A stretch of 64,000 nt of DNA from Candidatus Thorarchaeota archaeon (GCA_048884785.1 JBHLQM010000004.1:1-64000), one strand, 5' to 3'. Positions 46,937 through 58,150 are shown, numbered from the stretch's first letter. Notes: generated by a model not told the origin, from the sequence alone. A program made the numbers and translations.

Positions 46937-48499
46937 TCAAGACACTATAATATCAGGAAACATGGAAACTGCCAGATCATTGAGATACTTCATGCTTGGA
47001 GCCTTAGCCGTTTCTTGCACCTGTCGCAGCAACATATGCATATCATCAAACCGTCCCTGTTTCCTGCGAAGCTCAGCCTTTAATAGCAGGGCACGAGCCG
47101 CAATGCCGGGGAAGTCATTCTTCTCGGCATGCTCAATCAATTTTGCCATCCAAGGACCCGACAGATCTGTGCCTTTTTTCATAGACTTATCTGTGAGCAT
47201 TTTGATCTCAATCTCTGTGAGGTTGAGGAGGCAAATACTTCCGGCAACCAGCTTTAAATCGTTCTCCAGATTCTCAAACTCATCTCTGAGGACATTGAAG
47301 GCACCATCAAGATTGCCCTTTGCTTTTTCAAGAATACCTCCAACCAGATGAAGAATCTTCATTGTTCCTGAATCCCCACACCTCGCTGCAGCATTGGATG
47401 CAGCTGCAAGCTCTGCCTCAGCCTCATCATATTTACCGAGGTTGACAAAAGCCCAAGCCAACTGGACGTGCGAAGAAGCACGGTGCCGATTTGATGAGTA
47501 GAAGCTATTTTTTGCCATTTGAAGAGCTTCTTCACCTTTACCCATTTGATTATACAAATGTGCAATAACGATGTTGTAGAATTGCGGTGGGAAACCGATT
47601 TTTTCTCCGATTGCCCTAGCATCCAATTGATAATCGATTGCAGCACTTAGTTCTCCTCGAGCTTGCATGATATGGCCCAATTGGTGTTGAACTATACCTA
47701 TCATATCTCTGTATCCTAGCTTTTCGCCAAGTTCCCGAGATGAACCAAGAAGGTCAAGCGCTTGTTCTGTGTCTGTTTCCTTCACCATATTGGCAATATC
47801 GCAAAGGAGACCTGCAACCAATATCTGGTCATCGAACTCCCTTGCTATAGTAAGTGCCTGTCTGCTTCTATCCACTGCTTGCTCAAAATTCCATTCTCTA
47901 TGATGCTTCATGGCTTCTATAGCTAGAAGACCTGCTTTGAAAAATGCCAAGTCCTTATTGTTTTCTATACTATTGGTAACTGCTTCAATTGGCTTGATGT
48001 CCACATCAAACTCAGAAAAATATCGTTCAGCTTCCATTCTCCAAGTCAAATAGAGATGGCATGTTATCCAATCATTCGGAGAAGATATCAATCCTCGTTT
48101 CAAGGATTCTTTCAAGGCATCCCATTTGACTGATTCATCTCTCATAGACCTAATTAGTAGCAGTAAAGGTGACGCCAACTCAGGCACCCTACCAGCACAC
48201 TCCAGTTTATCAACTAGGATGAAGTAGCCTGTCCGGAAGGAAAAGTAAACGGCAAAATACTCCAGCAAGGGAGGCGAGGGCTGAGCACAGACTCTGTCGC
48301 ATAATTTCTCTGTGAAATCTCCAAAGTCCTCTGACTCCTCCATGACTGACTGGAGTATGGATCTTGTTTCATCATCGACATGAGGAAAGCACATGGTTAT
48401 AGTTCCGATTGGCTTCACGCTCAGTGCCTCCAGACAATTGAAATCGATATGAGATTGCTGAAGTTCCCAATTAACCTTTTGAAGTATTTCAGGCATCAT
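46937..48499 (-). CDS. TPR-repeat protein (start probably GTG 48418, KPIGTITMCFP)
   Basis: Repeated helical TPR-like units (LGHIMQARGELSAAI, LAWAFVNLGKYDEAE). Confidence 0.8.
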   Translation of the reverse strand: MMPEILQKVNWELQQSHIDFNCLEALSVKPIGTITMCFPHVDDETRSILQSVMEESEDFGDFTEKLCDRVCAQPSPPLLEYFAVYFSFRTGYFILVDKLECAGRVPELASPLLLLIRSMRDESVKWDALKESLKRGLISSPNDWITCHLYLTWRMEAERYFSEFDVDIKPIEAVTNSIENNKDLAFFKAGLLAIEAMKHHREWNFEQAVDRSRQALTIAREFDDQILVAGLLCDIANMVKETDTEQALDLLGSSRELGEKLGYRDMIGIVQHQLGHIMQARGELSAAIDYQLDARAIGEKIGFPPQFYNIVIAHLYNQMGKGEEALQMAKNSFYSSNRHRASSHVQLAWAFVNLGKYDEAEAELAAASNAAARCGDSGTMKILHLVGGILEKAKGNLDGAFNVLRDEFENLENDLKLVAGSICLLNLTEIEIKMLTDKSMKKGTDLSGPWMAKLIEHAEKNDFPGIAARALLLKAELRRKQGRFDDMHMLLRQVQETAKAPSMKYLNDLAVSMFPDIIVS

Positions 48500-48558
48500 T
48501 CAAGACTGATCGCATTATAGACCTAGCTTCGTCACAAAAGGGAGAAGCTCATGTTGGT

Positions 48559-49980
48559 TCAGATTGTTTTATGCTTGATAGAAAGACGGATTACATTGGC
48601 AAGGGCCCGAGCTGCACGTTGTGGACTAGCAAATACAGGAATACCTGCCTCCTCCAGCTGGACTTGTCCAGGAGGAATTCTTCCTACTGGAGCATTCATA
48701 ATGCTGATGACAAGTTTATCACTATTCTCTGATGAGTTTATGATTTCTCTAACAGGCATTCCTCCTCCTATACCCTCTTGAAAATTAGGAGCAAACACAG
48801 TGACTATTGTATCAAAGGTGTCATCATTCATTAGGATTTCAAATGCGCTGGCGAAGACTTTTGGTTCTGCCCATGCCTTTGCGAGTAGATCTACAGGGTT
48901 CTTAATTTCCATTTCAATTGGCATATCAAGAACAGCATCAATTTTTCGCTGAGTCTCCTGAGGTGGCATCGGAAGAATTGCACCTTTTTCCTCCAGAGTC
49001 TGAGCGACAATCAACGCCAAACCTAACGTATGCGTTATAATTCCAACCCGTTTACTTTGTGCTCTTTTTGAGGTCATCGATAGAATCTTCGCCGTGTCCA
49101 TCATATCTTGAATGCTATCTACTTCCAGGCCACCTGCTTGCTTCACGGCTGCGGAATATATCTCTGGCTGGCCTGCAAGGCTCCCTGTATGGCTTAGAGC
49201 AGCCTGACGAGAAACAGGAGTCTTTCCAACTTTAAAAACCAATACTGGCTTCTTCGGGGTAGTAAGCAGCATTTCTTGATACATTTCTCTTCCCAGTTCA
49301 GTTCCTTCAATGAACAGGCAAATCACGCTAGTTTCTGAATCATCTCGGAAAAATTGGAGCAGATCATGAAAATCAATGTTCACTCGATTGCCTACACTAA
49401 CGAATTTCGAAATTCCGAGGTTGGAATCCACTGCGCTGTATAGCATTGAGCCGCATACTCCGCCGCTCTGACTAACGATTGCGGTTCTTCCTTTCTGAAC
49501 GGGAATTGGATGAGGAAAGAATGTTGCATTAAGATTCAAATTGATGTTCCCTGCTCCAAGGCAATTGGGGCCAACAACAGCTATCTTTGCATCATCAACA
49601 ATCTGCTTAATGCGCTGTTGTTCCTTTTCTCCCTCAGGTCCAAGCTCCTTATACCCAGCTGCGAAGATTATTACCGAAGGCACATTTGCCTGTGCAGCAT
49701 CAAGCAGAGCTTGTGGTACGAATACTTCTCTCACACAGATTAACGCCAAGTCTATCTGAACTGGAATCGCAGTTATGCTAGCGTAGCATTGTGCATTTCC
49801 AATTTTAGATATTCTTGGATTGACTGGAAAGGTATTGCCTTCAAATCCCCGAAGGGCCAATAGAGCGAGGGCTCCCAGTCGCTCGGGCTTATCAGATGCT
49901 CCAACAACTGCAATGTTTCTTGGATTGAAAAGATGATGGAGTGAGTCAATTTTCCAATTCACTGATTTGTGCCTCCGCAA
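48559..49980 (-). CDS. acdA: ADP-forming acyl/acetate-CoA ligase alpha subunit
   Basis: IAVVGAS, GPNCLG, SQSG, SVGN, SHTGSL phospho-His, NPVDL. Confidence 0.88.
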   Translation of the reverse strand: MRRHKSVNWKIDSLHHLFNPRNIAVVGASDKPERLGALALLALRGFEGNTFPVNPRISKIGNAQCYASITAIPVQIDLALICVREVFVPQALLDAAQANVPSVIIFAAGYKELGPEGEKEQQRIKQIVDDAKIAVVGPNCLGAGNINLNLNATFFPHPIPVQKGRTAIVSQSGGVCGSMLYSAVDSNLGISKFVSVGNRVNIDFHDLLQFFRDDSETSVICLFIEGTELGREMYQEMLLTTPKKPVLVFKVGKTPVSRQAALSHTGSLAGQPEIYSAAVKQAGGLEVDSIQDMMDTAKILSMTSKRAQSKRVGIITHTLGLALIVAQTLEEKGAILPMPPQETQRKIDAVLDMPIEMEIKNPVDLLAKAWAEPKVFASAFEILMNDDTFDTIVTVFAPNFQEGIGGGMPVREIINSSENSDKLVISIMNAPVGRIPPGQVQLEEAGIPVFASPQRAARALANVIRLSIKHKTI

Positions 49981-50021
49981 TCACTGCAAGAAGCTAATTC
50001 TTCAATTGCTATGTTTCTCCA

Positions 50022-51110
50022 CTATCCCTTGTATTCTTTTAGAGCCTTTTGAAGCATTTTTAGTCCATGAATGAGCTCTTCTTTCTCGCCGCCATATCCT
50101 AAACGGAAATGCTCATCCATCTCAAGACCATAGCCTGGAACTACAAAGGTTCTATATTTCTGAACCAGAAGCTCGCAAAGCCTTCGTGTAGAGCCACCGG
50201 TCTTGAATCTTGGAGCCGCGACCACTCCTCCCTCAGGCTCAATCCATTCAAGCCAATCTTGGTTATTCATCCAGTCCTTCAAGATAGCATAGTTTTCAAA
50301 CATTCTCTTCCTGATAGGTTTAATCAGCTTTTCTCGTTTCTTCAGCACCTCTAATGAGATCGCCTCACCGAGTGATGAGTTGCAGATGGTCATTTGTTCC
50401 CGAACAGCTCTGATCCCTTCAACTATTGGCAAATCTGCAACTGCCCATCCTATTCGTATTCCAGGAAGACCATATACTTTAGACATACTGGTTAGACTTA
50501 TTGCATTCTTGCTTAGAGTAGCTGCTAGCGGAGGCGGTTGACCGAAAGTGAGATCGCGGTAGGTCTCGTCCACCATGAGATAGAAATCATTTGATTCCGC
50601 TATTTCTATCGCCTGTAGAAGTGTTTCTTCGTCGATTTGGGATCCGGTAGGATTGTTTGGATGAGTAAGTGTAACTAGTCGAGTGTTAGGCTTCACCATC
50701 TTTTGTAGTTCCTTCAAATCCGGCTTGAAACGGTCTTCCCACTTAAGACGCAGAAGAGAGTGGTTTCTTCCTAGAGACCTTGGAACCTCATATAAAGAGG
50801 GATAAGTTGGGTGTTCAATAATCATGTGATCGTCAGGTCCTACAAGATGTGCAATGATGCAGAAGTTTGCTTCACTTGCGCCAGTGGTCACTGCAACATT
50901 TTCTCCTGAAAGACTCTGGTACTGAGCTGCAATCAAGCTTCTCAGCTTCGGGTGACCGAGATGATATCCATACCGAAGTTCCACTTCATTCAGGTCAATG
51001 TTTAGGTCCTTGACTGAGAGATACTTGACACCACTTTCACCAATGTCATAATCAACCTCGAATTGGTATGAATCGAACCAATCTTCAAGGGGCATTCTCT
51101 TGAAAACCAT
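50022..51110 (-). CDS. PLP-dependent aminotransferase class I/II
   Basis: HPNNPTG, DETY, SMSKVYGLPGIRIGW, FRLGY. Confidence 0.92.
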   Translation of the reverse strand: MVFKRMPLEDWFDSYQFEVDYDIGESGVKYLSVKDLNIDLNEVELRYGYHLGHPKLRSLIAAQYQSLSGENVAVTTGASEANFCIIAHLVGPDDHMIIEHPTYPSLYEVPRSLGRNHSLLRLKWEDRFKPDLKELQKMVKPNTRLVTLTHPNNPTGSQIDEETLLQAIEIAESNDFYLMVDETYRDLTFGQPPPLAATLSKNAISLTSMSKVYGLPGIRIGWAVADLPIVEGIRAVREQMTICNSSLGEAISLEVLKKREKLIKPIRKRMFENYAILKDWMNNQDWLEWIEPEGGVVAAPRFKTGGSTRRLCELLVQKYRTFVVPGYGLEMDEHFRLGYGGEKEELIHGLKMLQKALKEYKG

Positions 51111-51162
51111 TATGAGGCCTCAAATTCTCCTCTACTGCGGACTAGGATATATAGATTGGCCC

Positions 51163-51687
51163 CTAGCCAGAAATTGAGTCAGCTGTTTTTAGGGCAGGTA
51201 CAACAATTATGCGTCTTAACAGCTCTCGCAAATATTGACTGCTTCTAGCCCTTCGTGCAATCACAGGGCTAATCTCATAGTAAAGAAATACCATGAATCG
51301 ACCTAGGTAGTTCGAAAGAAGGAAATCGTCTCTGAATAACCTTAACCGATTGATCTCAGAATTAAGTGAAGTACCATAAACTGCAGTAGCGATAAAGCAG
51401 TCGGACTCATGTTCATTACAGAGTATCTCTTCTCCAATTATCTTTGCCTTATGCTTGTCACACATGTAGACTGTTTTGTTGCATGTTATGCATTGACCAA
51501 CAGGGTTCACTCCATCATGTAGAGGAATGCCACACCTATCACAATACCTTTGCTTGAAACCATCATCTAGGCTTGCACCACACTTGTGACACTCTGCGGC
51601 ATCACTAGGATTTCCCATCCCGCAGTATCGACATTCGATAATCTCTGGCATCTTTTTCCCCCTTTTATTTGGCAATCTTTTAGGCAA
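51163..51687 (-). CDS. Zinc-ribbon protein with C-terminal CFI-box-CTERM domain (start probably ATG 51651)
   Basis: CRYC..CHKC, CDRC..CITC..CDKH..CNEH; CFIATAVYG...LRLFRD...YYEISP. Confidence 0.75.
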   Translation of the reverse strand: MPKRLPNKRGKKMPEIIECRYCGMGNPSDAAECHKCGASLDDGFKQRYCDRCGIPLHDGVNPVGQCITCNKTVYMCDKHKAKIIGEEILCNEHESDCFIATAVYGTSLNSEINRLRLFRDDFLLSNYLGRFMVFLYYEISPVIARRARSSQYLRELLRRIIVVPALKTADSISG

Positions 51688-51824
51688 ATACCAGCAATTT
51701 CTAATTAGCTAATTACTAGGCTAATCATATGGTGTCCTGATTAAGGTTATTAGTTGAAAATTCTAATATTGCATATATGATTTGTCCCGGAATTCCGAAA
51801 GACAAATAGCACGCCACCACGTTT

Positions 51825-54800
51825 TTGGAATTCCTTGGGGGTGGGATGATCATGACTGAGAGAGGTACAGAGCGAGCCGCGCGCGTTGCCGATGTCATGC
51901 AGACTTTAGCACGTATCTTAGTTCTTGTAATAATAATTCCAACTGCAATTCTGTTGGCTGTTTATTACCTGCTAATGGGACTGATACCCGACAATTTGAT
52001 TCGGATGATGTTCTCCCTCACATTTGGCCTTGGCATTGCAGGTGGATTTGTTGCCCGAATGGAGCGTCCTCTTTTGGGAAGCTCGATTGTGACCCTAGCC
52101 GCCATTTTTGGTGCTGTTTCCCTAGCGATTTTTTGGAGTTCCCTCTTCAGCTCGATTGCTGTGCTTCATGTTTACTTAATCGTATTATTGGGAATACTAA
52201 GCTATCTCCATAGGGTTCATGTCATTCCGCCTTGGAGATGGATAAAGATTCGTTCGTTATTAGGAATCTCAATTAGTGCATCAGCACCTCTAGCGTCGAT
52301 TATTCTGTTTCAAGGTATGGGACTGCAAGCTCCTCACATAATTTCAATCTCCATGCTCATTCTATGGGTATACACCGCAGGTGGCCAGTATTATCTTCGA
52401 GCCCTTCGGTTGGGTCCAGCTAGTGCTTTGTTCCTATCCCTTAGCGTATCATTTCTAGTATTGCAGTATCATCTTGATACGTGTCCAGCATCAGATATTC
52501 TATTGAGCATGTCAGTAGCTTTTCTTGGTTTTGGAGGAGGTTTGTTTGTAGTTTCACAGATTCTGCGATTCATTCAGAAATCAATATCCCTGCGTACCAT
52601 ATCTTCTCGTGAAAGGAAACATCGAGAAGGCATTCTCGATAATTATCCAGAGCAGGGAGACGAGCTACCTGATGCGTTTCCGGAATGGATTATCAGGTCA
52701 AAACACGCGCAGGCAATATCTGGAATTGCGATGCTCGCCATTGCGGCAGGCATTCCGGTATACTTTCTATGGATGGCCCAATCTACAACTTGGGGAGTTG
52801 AACCCAGTTTCTTGAATTTGTTCGTGCCGCTCGCATTCTTGGCATTCCTTCTAACATTGATTCCATCACCTGTTCTTTTTCGATTAGGAGGAATCATGCA
52901 AAGGTCAACTGAGAGCAATATAGTAAAGGGAATCGGGCTTCTCATGGTATTGGATGCATCTCTCGCATCATACATTTGGACCCAATTTTGGTTTTTCTCT
53001 CTTATGCAGTCTATTACATTCTCTTTCATCCTCCTAATAACTGGGCTAACAGGTGTCTTTGAGCGAATTCGTGCACTCTGGAAAAGAGTGGGATATGAAC
53101 TCCTGTACCAAATCAAAAAACTAAGACACTGGATTTCAGGGCATCTTGTTCACACTGGAGTTGCGGTAGATTCTGTGATCACATTATTCGTTATGTCATT
53201 TCTTTATCCATTTCTATATCCGCTGCCAAATATGATTGCACCTTTGCTTCTACTTTCAGTAGTTCTATTCACTCTCATTGCTATGGCTGGAGTTGCAGCA
53301 TTACGGATGCTACCTAAGAGAATTCAATTCGCTTCCATAGGGTGGTCCATCCTACTGATTTCAGGTAGCTTGCTGACATATTGGTATCTGACTTACATTG
53401 TTAATATGGAACTAATGCCCTGCCTAGCGTACTCTTCTCTCTGGTTTATTGGCATGGCTGCTCTGCAAAAAGCAAACCTCTCCCGTCCGTTGGTTTCTAT
53501 TCCGGTTGCTTTTGGAGTTCTTGGAACACTCTATCATCTTGTTCCATTGGAGTACAATTATTCATCTATCACATATCCGTGGATCACCATTACCTCAGCA
53601 ATTCTTCTTCTTGGCCTTGTTCTCCATAAAGAGTATATCAGATTTCTCGGTGCAAGTTATAGATTACTTGCTGCCACAGGTAGAAGGATTTACAATGTAA
53701 TCTCGAGGGCTGCCCATGTTATCATTAGTGTTCTAACTCGTTTCGCCACAGCTGCTAGGCGTGTGCTTGTACGTGTAGGAGGTTTCATCTATCGCGGTGC
53801 AGTATTCATTGGACTCCAGCTTCTGAGATTCGTCCTTGCCGTATATACAATAATCATTGTCATTGCAATTGCACATTTCGGATACAATGTTGTCTTTATT
53901 ACAGGAACCTACGAGCCATGGTTTCTTTTCTCTTCTCTTTCACTAGTATTCTTCATTGCTCTATCACCTTCTCTCTATTTTAGAGAACGACACAAGACAC
54001 CTTTGCTGAAGATTGTCATTATTGGAATTGGGCTTACATTAGGCGGTTTTGTGTTTGGTCTAATTTCCTCTCTGCATTTCTGGTTGCGCATTCCTCTATC
54101 CATCGCGTCAGTTCTTGCCTTCTGGACATTAACCCGAAAAGGGTTGCCTGAAAAATCCAGGGATGTTCTTCCTGTGGCAACATGGCTTGCAGTTCTTTCC
54201 GCCATTTCCCTTATGACCTGGCTGACATCCTTTGAAGCCTCATTGGTCGTTGCATCTATAACTACGGCTTTTATCACCGGAGTTGGGTTTTTGCCTATCA
54301 GGATTCAAACCAAACTTGCACGCGTTTCAAGCCTCCTTTACCTAGTTTTGTCTGTTCCTTCGGGAGCAGCCATGGCATTCATGTATACATCGGACTACGT
54401 TCTTTCACTGCTTGTTATCGCAGCTCTTCCAGCTGCAGTACTTTATCGGCAATACTCGAGCGGTCTAGAATTCCTGGCGGGCAAGCTTGCAGCTGGATTC
54501 AGGATTCTGGCATCTGCATTATTGCATGCTTTGAGAATCATAGCACAAAGATTGTCTATTGCAGTGAGATACATATTGATCGTACTCGCGGCAAACATCA
54601 TTCCTGCTACAGGAGTCTTCAGCATTGCCATTTCATTCGTTATAATGCAGGCCCTTCCGCAGTACGTCCAAGTCTGGTTTCTTGGAGTAACAACTAGGTT
54701 GCTTGTTTTCATTCTTCTGACAATGATTCTCTGGTTGCCCGCTCTGCTCATTCGGCATCGCGACTTTCCTCTCTTGTTGTCGGGTGTATTGATAACAATA

Positions 54801-57800
54801 GCAGGCTCGATGGGTGCTCTTTCACTTAGCTTTCTTTTGCCATTGGGATTTCTAAGAGCCTTCCTGCTATCAATTGCGCTAACTTCATTCATCCTTGCAC
54901 TATCTACGCCAGGAATCGAACGAATAGGGTCTCGAAAGGCACCTTCTTCAGTATCATTTTCAGCTCTTCTCTTGTTCTGTCTTGACCTACTCTCTCTAGA
55001 CTTTCCTCTAACCCTTGGTATTCTTGCATTCAGCTTTGCAGTCCTTTCTGCACCATTCTTAAGTAGAATAAACCAGTTTCGGGTCGTCTATCCAATAGCC
55101 ACTGCATCTTCAATTGCCCTAGTATTCTACTACTTTGTACTGCCTATTACTGATCTTTGGTTGACTATTAGTTTATGTGTTGCATTCGAAGCACTACTTC
55201 TTTCAATTCCGAATGAAATTCGATCATGGCAGCTGTGGTGGTTGCTCTCCATCTCCATAGGTTATGCCATCTTCTCAATCATGAATACGGCTCCATATCT
55301 AGGAGCTTTTATCGCAATTCTCATTTCCACTGAACTGATTCACCTGACTCCTGATATAGAATACAGATTCACAGAATACGGTGAAGCATTGAGTGTCATG
55401 AGGGGTTTTCTATTAACTGCCTCAGCTGGGCTAATTCTCTCACCAATCTTATCGGTAGAGCTTGTTGCAGAAATCTGCTTGACAGTATTCCTAATTGTAT
55501 TTTCAGCTTCAATCTGGAACGGAGCATCAGCAAAATCAAGAACGATCTTCCTTGACGCCACGGGAGTATCTCTATCTCTATTATCATTCACATTCTTGTC
55601 GGCACTGCTGGAAGTACACTGGTTGCTCGTTCTCTATATTTCCATCCCGCCAATTTTTGCTGCACTTATTTATGCTTCAACATCAGGTGTCGCACAAAGT
55701 CATCATTGGACCGCACTAAAGGGCGTTGCAGTGCTTTCTATCTCATTGGCATGGTTCAGTGTATATCAAACGGTTGAATCTATTTTACTGGGACTTCCAA
55801 CTGGTCTGTTTATCGCAATCGCTTTATCCTACTGGAATCCTTGGGGCGGGAGTGTGCAAGGGAAGGGTCCAAGTCCTCTCGTGGGGGCTTTCATTTTGCT
55901 GATTGAATCAATCTGGGTATTTTATTCCGTAGTTATATTCTCACTATCTGGGAGTTTGATTCTTCTCGGTGCTTCTCTACTTCCAATTATCCTACTTGGA
56001 TTTCCATTAAGGAACATGATTAGCTGGATGCAGTTTGAATTGATCTGGGATGCAATCTCTGCCTCAATCGCTGTAAGCACCGGATCAATCCTCTCAGGGT
56101 GGGATATTGCATCGCTGACATTTCCACCAAATTTGGCTCTTCTCTTGGGCTGGAGTCTAAGTCTATACTCAATTTTTTCATTATCTGTGACTCATCTCAG
56201 CGAGAAAAGACAAAATCTTCAGACTGAAGAGAAAGTGAGTCATCTGACATGGACTCCTGCAATTCTTGGTTGGACTATTCTCGGATATGCGTACTCCGCA
56301 ATCTTTGAGTTAATCCCATCATTTCAGCTCGGGGTATCCTGGCTGTCTTTCTGCATCTCATCGCTTATTTTTGTAACATTGCATCCCAATCCCTCTTCCA
56401 ACCTTAAAATCGCAATTAACATGCTTGTTTCTACAGCACTTGCCTATTTCACATGGATTACTTTTAGCTGGGTTGACTCACTTTATTCTTTCATTTTTTC
56501 CGTTGGCGTATGGTATCTATTTGGCCTTCCAGTACTTGCAGCTCCTACCTACAGTCTATTTCGCAGAGCGTACGCTTTTATCACTACACATAGTGAAAAC
56601 ATCGCTCTAGGTCTGCCAGTTATAATTGGCTTATGGTTTGGAGCTACATTTCTTCTAGATACAACATGTCCCGCAATTCTTGGTATTGGTGTAAGAAATT
56701 GTTTTCAAGCCTTGGCAATTGGAGCGCTTACTGTTGGTGGCCTTTATCTACTAGAAGGCATGACGCTTAATGGAAATCTCTCATCGAGAGTCAAGCAGCC
56801 ATCAGTAACAATACTGGGACGAGGAGTGTTTGTGTTGCTGCTTGCCATTTACCTTCCTGAGGTTTTCGTTGCGTTTGATTTAGTTTTATACTACCTTGCA
56901 GGTTCTGCTGCAGTCTCGTTCTTTGTGATGTTTTTCCTAAATCTTATCCTTGGCTTCCGCGAGGCAATGAGGAGGTCTCTCATGATTGCTGGAGTTCTTC
57001 TGTTGCCGTCACTTATGGTGGGATTAATGATATTCAATGCATTTCCTCTCCTGGAGTCAATACTACTAGCCTCGTTTGCAAGCTTTCTGGTTGAGAGCCC
57101 CCTCTTCGAAGTCCAGATTAGACGATTCTTTGGAGCTTTGAGAAATGTAGCTACACTCGTTTCAAATGCACTAAGAAAGCTTGGTCATGCAATCAAGCAG
57201 TTTTTCCTTCGCTTTGGATATATCAACTGGATTGCTTTCTCTGCTGGATTCACTATCTGTCTTTCCTGGTTGTCATACCCATTCTTCAGCGAATTTCTCA
57301 ATATGAATCCCCTGAGTTTTGCCTATGTGATTCCTAGCATAGGGATACCAATTCTTGTGCTTGGTTTTCTTTTGCTGAGCATATCCATAATCAGACGTAC
57401 CGTTAGATCTTCATTTGGTTCTGCATCATTCATGATTGCACTTTTTGGAGCAGCAACTACAGGGACATCATGGCTGTTTGACCATGGATTTATGCTGGAA
57501 TCAACGGCAGTTGGCGTAATCCTCGTATGCCTGTCCATTCTGATTTTCATGCGAGAGCGCCATATAATGGGTAGGTGGGTTTCTGCAATTTGGAGCCCAA
57601 TCCCCCTCTCACTTGGCGTCCTTATATTCAGTTTTATTTATCCGGTTGGTTCACCTATTGAATTGCTGCCGCTTGCATTATCTGTATCAGCAATGATTGG
57701 TCTATTTCTCTTATTGCTCTCTGCTTACTCCAGATTGATGCCTAATCGAGTAAAGACTCCTCTCTGGGTCATGACAGGTGCATCGTCTGCGATTGCTACA

Positions 57801-58148
57801 TACATGGTATCTGTGGAAGCCTCATTCCCTGTATTGGCAAGCATTTACCTAGCTGTATTTGTGATGTCTTGGGTGATGTTTCCCCTCACGCATAGGCAAT
57901 ATCGACATCTATTCAATGCACCTCTATTCTTTGCGCTCACGGGCTTTGCATTTACTTTTGTTTTCGGTGAGTATTATCAAGGTCTTTTATTGGCATTGGC
58001 TTCGTTTCTTCTATTCATTGTGCTCTTTGTGAAGGAGCGAGAACCCCGAAATCCAAAACTTGCCTATCTACGTCTCTTTATGCTGATGGTACTTCTCGCT
58101 TTCATTGCAGTATTCGGGATCACAATGCTCGGGGTATTAATGACGTAG
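51825..58148 (+). CDS. Giant polytopic membrane protein (2107 aa), function unknown
   Basis: Nearly continuous hydrophobic helices with short loops; several long basic amphipathic segments. Confidence 0.85.
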   Translation: MEFLGGGMIMTERGTERAARVADVMQTLARILVLVIIIPTAILLAVYYLLMGLIPDNLIRMMFSLTFGLGIAGGFVARMERPLLGSSIVTLAAIFGAVSLAIFWSSLFSSIAVLHVYLIVLLGILSYLHRVHVIPPWRWIKIRSLLGISISASAPLASIILFQGMGLQAPHIISISMLILWVYTAGGQYYLRALRLGPASALFLSLSVSFLVLQYHLDTCPASDILLSMSVAFLGFGGGLFVVSQILRFIQKSISLRTISSRERKHREGILDNYPEQGDELPDAFPEWIIRSKHAQAISGIAMLAIAAGIPVYFLWMAQSTTWGVEPSFLNLFVPLAFLAFLLTLIPSPVLFRLGGIMQRSTESNIVKGIGLLMVLDASLASYIWTQFWFFSLMQSITFSFILLITGLTGVFERIRALWKRVGYELLYQIKKLRHWISGHLVHTGVAVDSVITLFVMSFLYPFLYPLPNMIAPLLLLSVVLFTLIAMAGVAALRMLPKRIQFASIGWSILLISGSLLTYWYLTYIVNMELMPCLAYSSLWFIGMAALQKANLSRPLVSIPVAFGVLGTLYHLVPLEYNYSSITYPWITITSAILLLGLVLHKEYIRFLGASYRLLAATGRRIYNVISRAAHVIISVLTRFATAARRVLVRVGGFIYRGAVFIGLQLLRFVLAVYTIIIVIAIAHFGYNVVFITGTYEPWFLFSSLSLVFFIALSPSLYFRERHKTPLLKIVIIGIGLTLGGFVFGLISSLHFWLRIPLSIASVLAFWTLTRKGLPEKSRDVLPVATWLAVLSAISLMTWLTSFEASLVVASITTAFITGVGFLPIRIQTKLARVSSLLYLVLSVPSGAAMAFMYTSDYVLSLLVIAALPAAVLYRQYSSGLEFLAGKLAAGFRILASALLHALRIIAQRLSIAVRYILIVLAANIIPATGVFSIAISFVIMQALPQYVQVWFLGVTTRLLVFILLTMILWLPALLIRHRDFPLLLSGVLITIAGSMGALSLSFLLPLGFLRAFLLSIALTSFILALSTPGIERIGSRKAPSSVSFSALLLFCLDLLSLDFPLTLGILAFSFAVLSAPFLSRINQFRVVYPIATASSIALVFYYFVLPITDLWLTISLCVAFEALLLSIPNEIRSWQLWWLLSISIGYAIFSIMNTAPYLGAFIAILISTELIHLTPDIEYRFTEYGEALSVMRGFLLTASAGLILSPILSVELVAEICLTVFLIVFSASIWNGASAKSRTIFLDATGVSLSLLSFTFLSALLEVHWLLVLYISIPPIFAALIYASTSGVAQSHHWTALKGVAVLSISLAWFSVYQTVESILLGLPTGLFIAIALSYWNPWGGSVQGKGPSPLVGAFILLIESIWVFYSVVIFSLSGSLILLGASLLPIILLGFPLRNMISWMQFELIWDAISASIAVSTGSILSGWDIASLTFPPNLALLLGWSLSLYSIFSLSVTHLSEKRQNLQTEEKVSHLTWTPAILGWTILGYAYSAIFELIPSFQLGVSWLSFCISSLIFVTLHPNPSSNLKIAINMLVSTALAYFTWITFSWVDSLYSFIFSVGVWYLFGLPVLAAPTYSLFRRAYAFITTHSENIALGLPVIIGLWFGATFLLDTTCPAILGIGVRNCFQALAIGALTVGGLYLLEGMTLNGNLSSRVKQPSVTILGRGVFVLLLAIYLPEVFVAFDLVLYYLAGSAAVSFFVMFFLNLILGFREAMRRSLMIAGVLLLPSLMVGLMIFNAFPLLESILLASFASFLVESPLFEVQIRRFFGALRNVATLVSNALRKLGHAIKQFFLRFGYINWIAFSAGFTICLSWLSYPFFSEFLNMNPLSFAYVIPSIGIPILVLGFLLLSISIIRRTVRSSFGSASFMIALFGAATTGTSWLFDHGFMLESTAVGVILVCLSILIFMRERHIMGRWVSAIWSPIPLSLGVLIFSFIYPVGSPIELLPLALSVSAMIGLFLLLLSAYSRLMPNRVKTPLWVMTGASSAIATYMVSVEASFPVLASIYLAVFVMSWVMFPLTHRQYRHLFNAPLFFALTGFAFTFVFGEYYQGLLLALASFLLFIVLFVKEREPRNPKLAYLRLFMLMVLLAFIAVFGITMLGVLMT

Positions 58149-58150
58149 GA

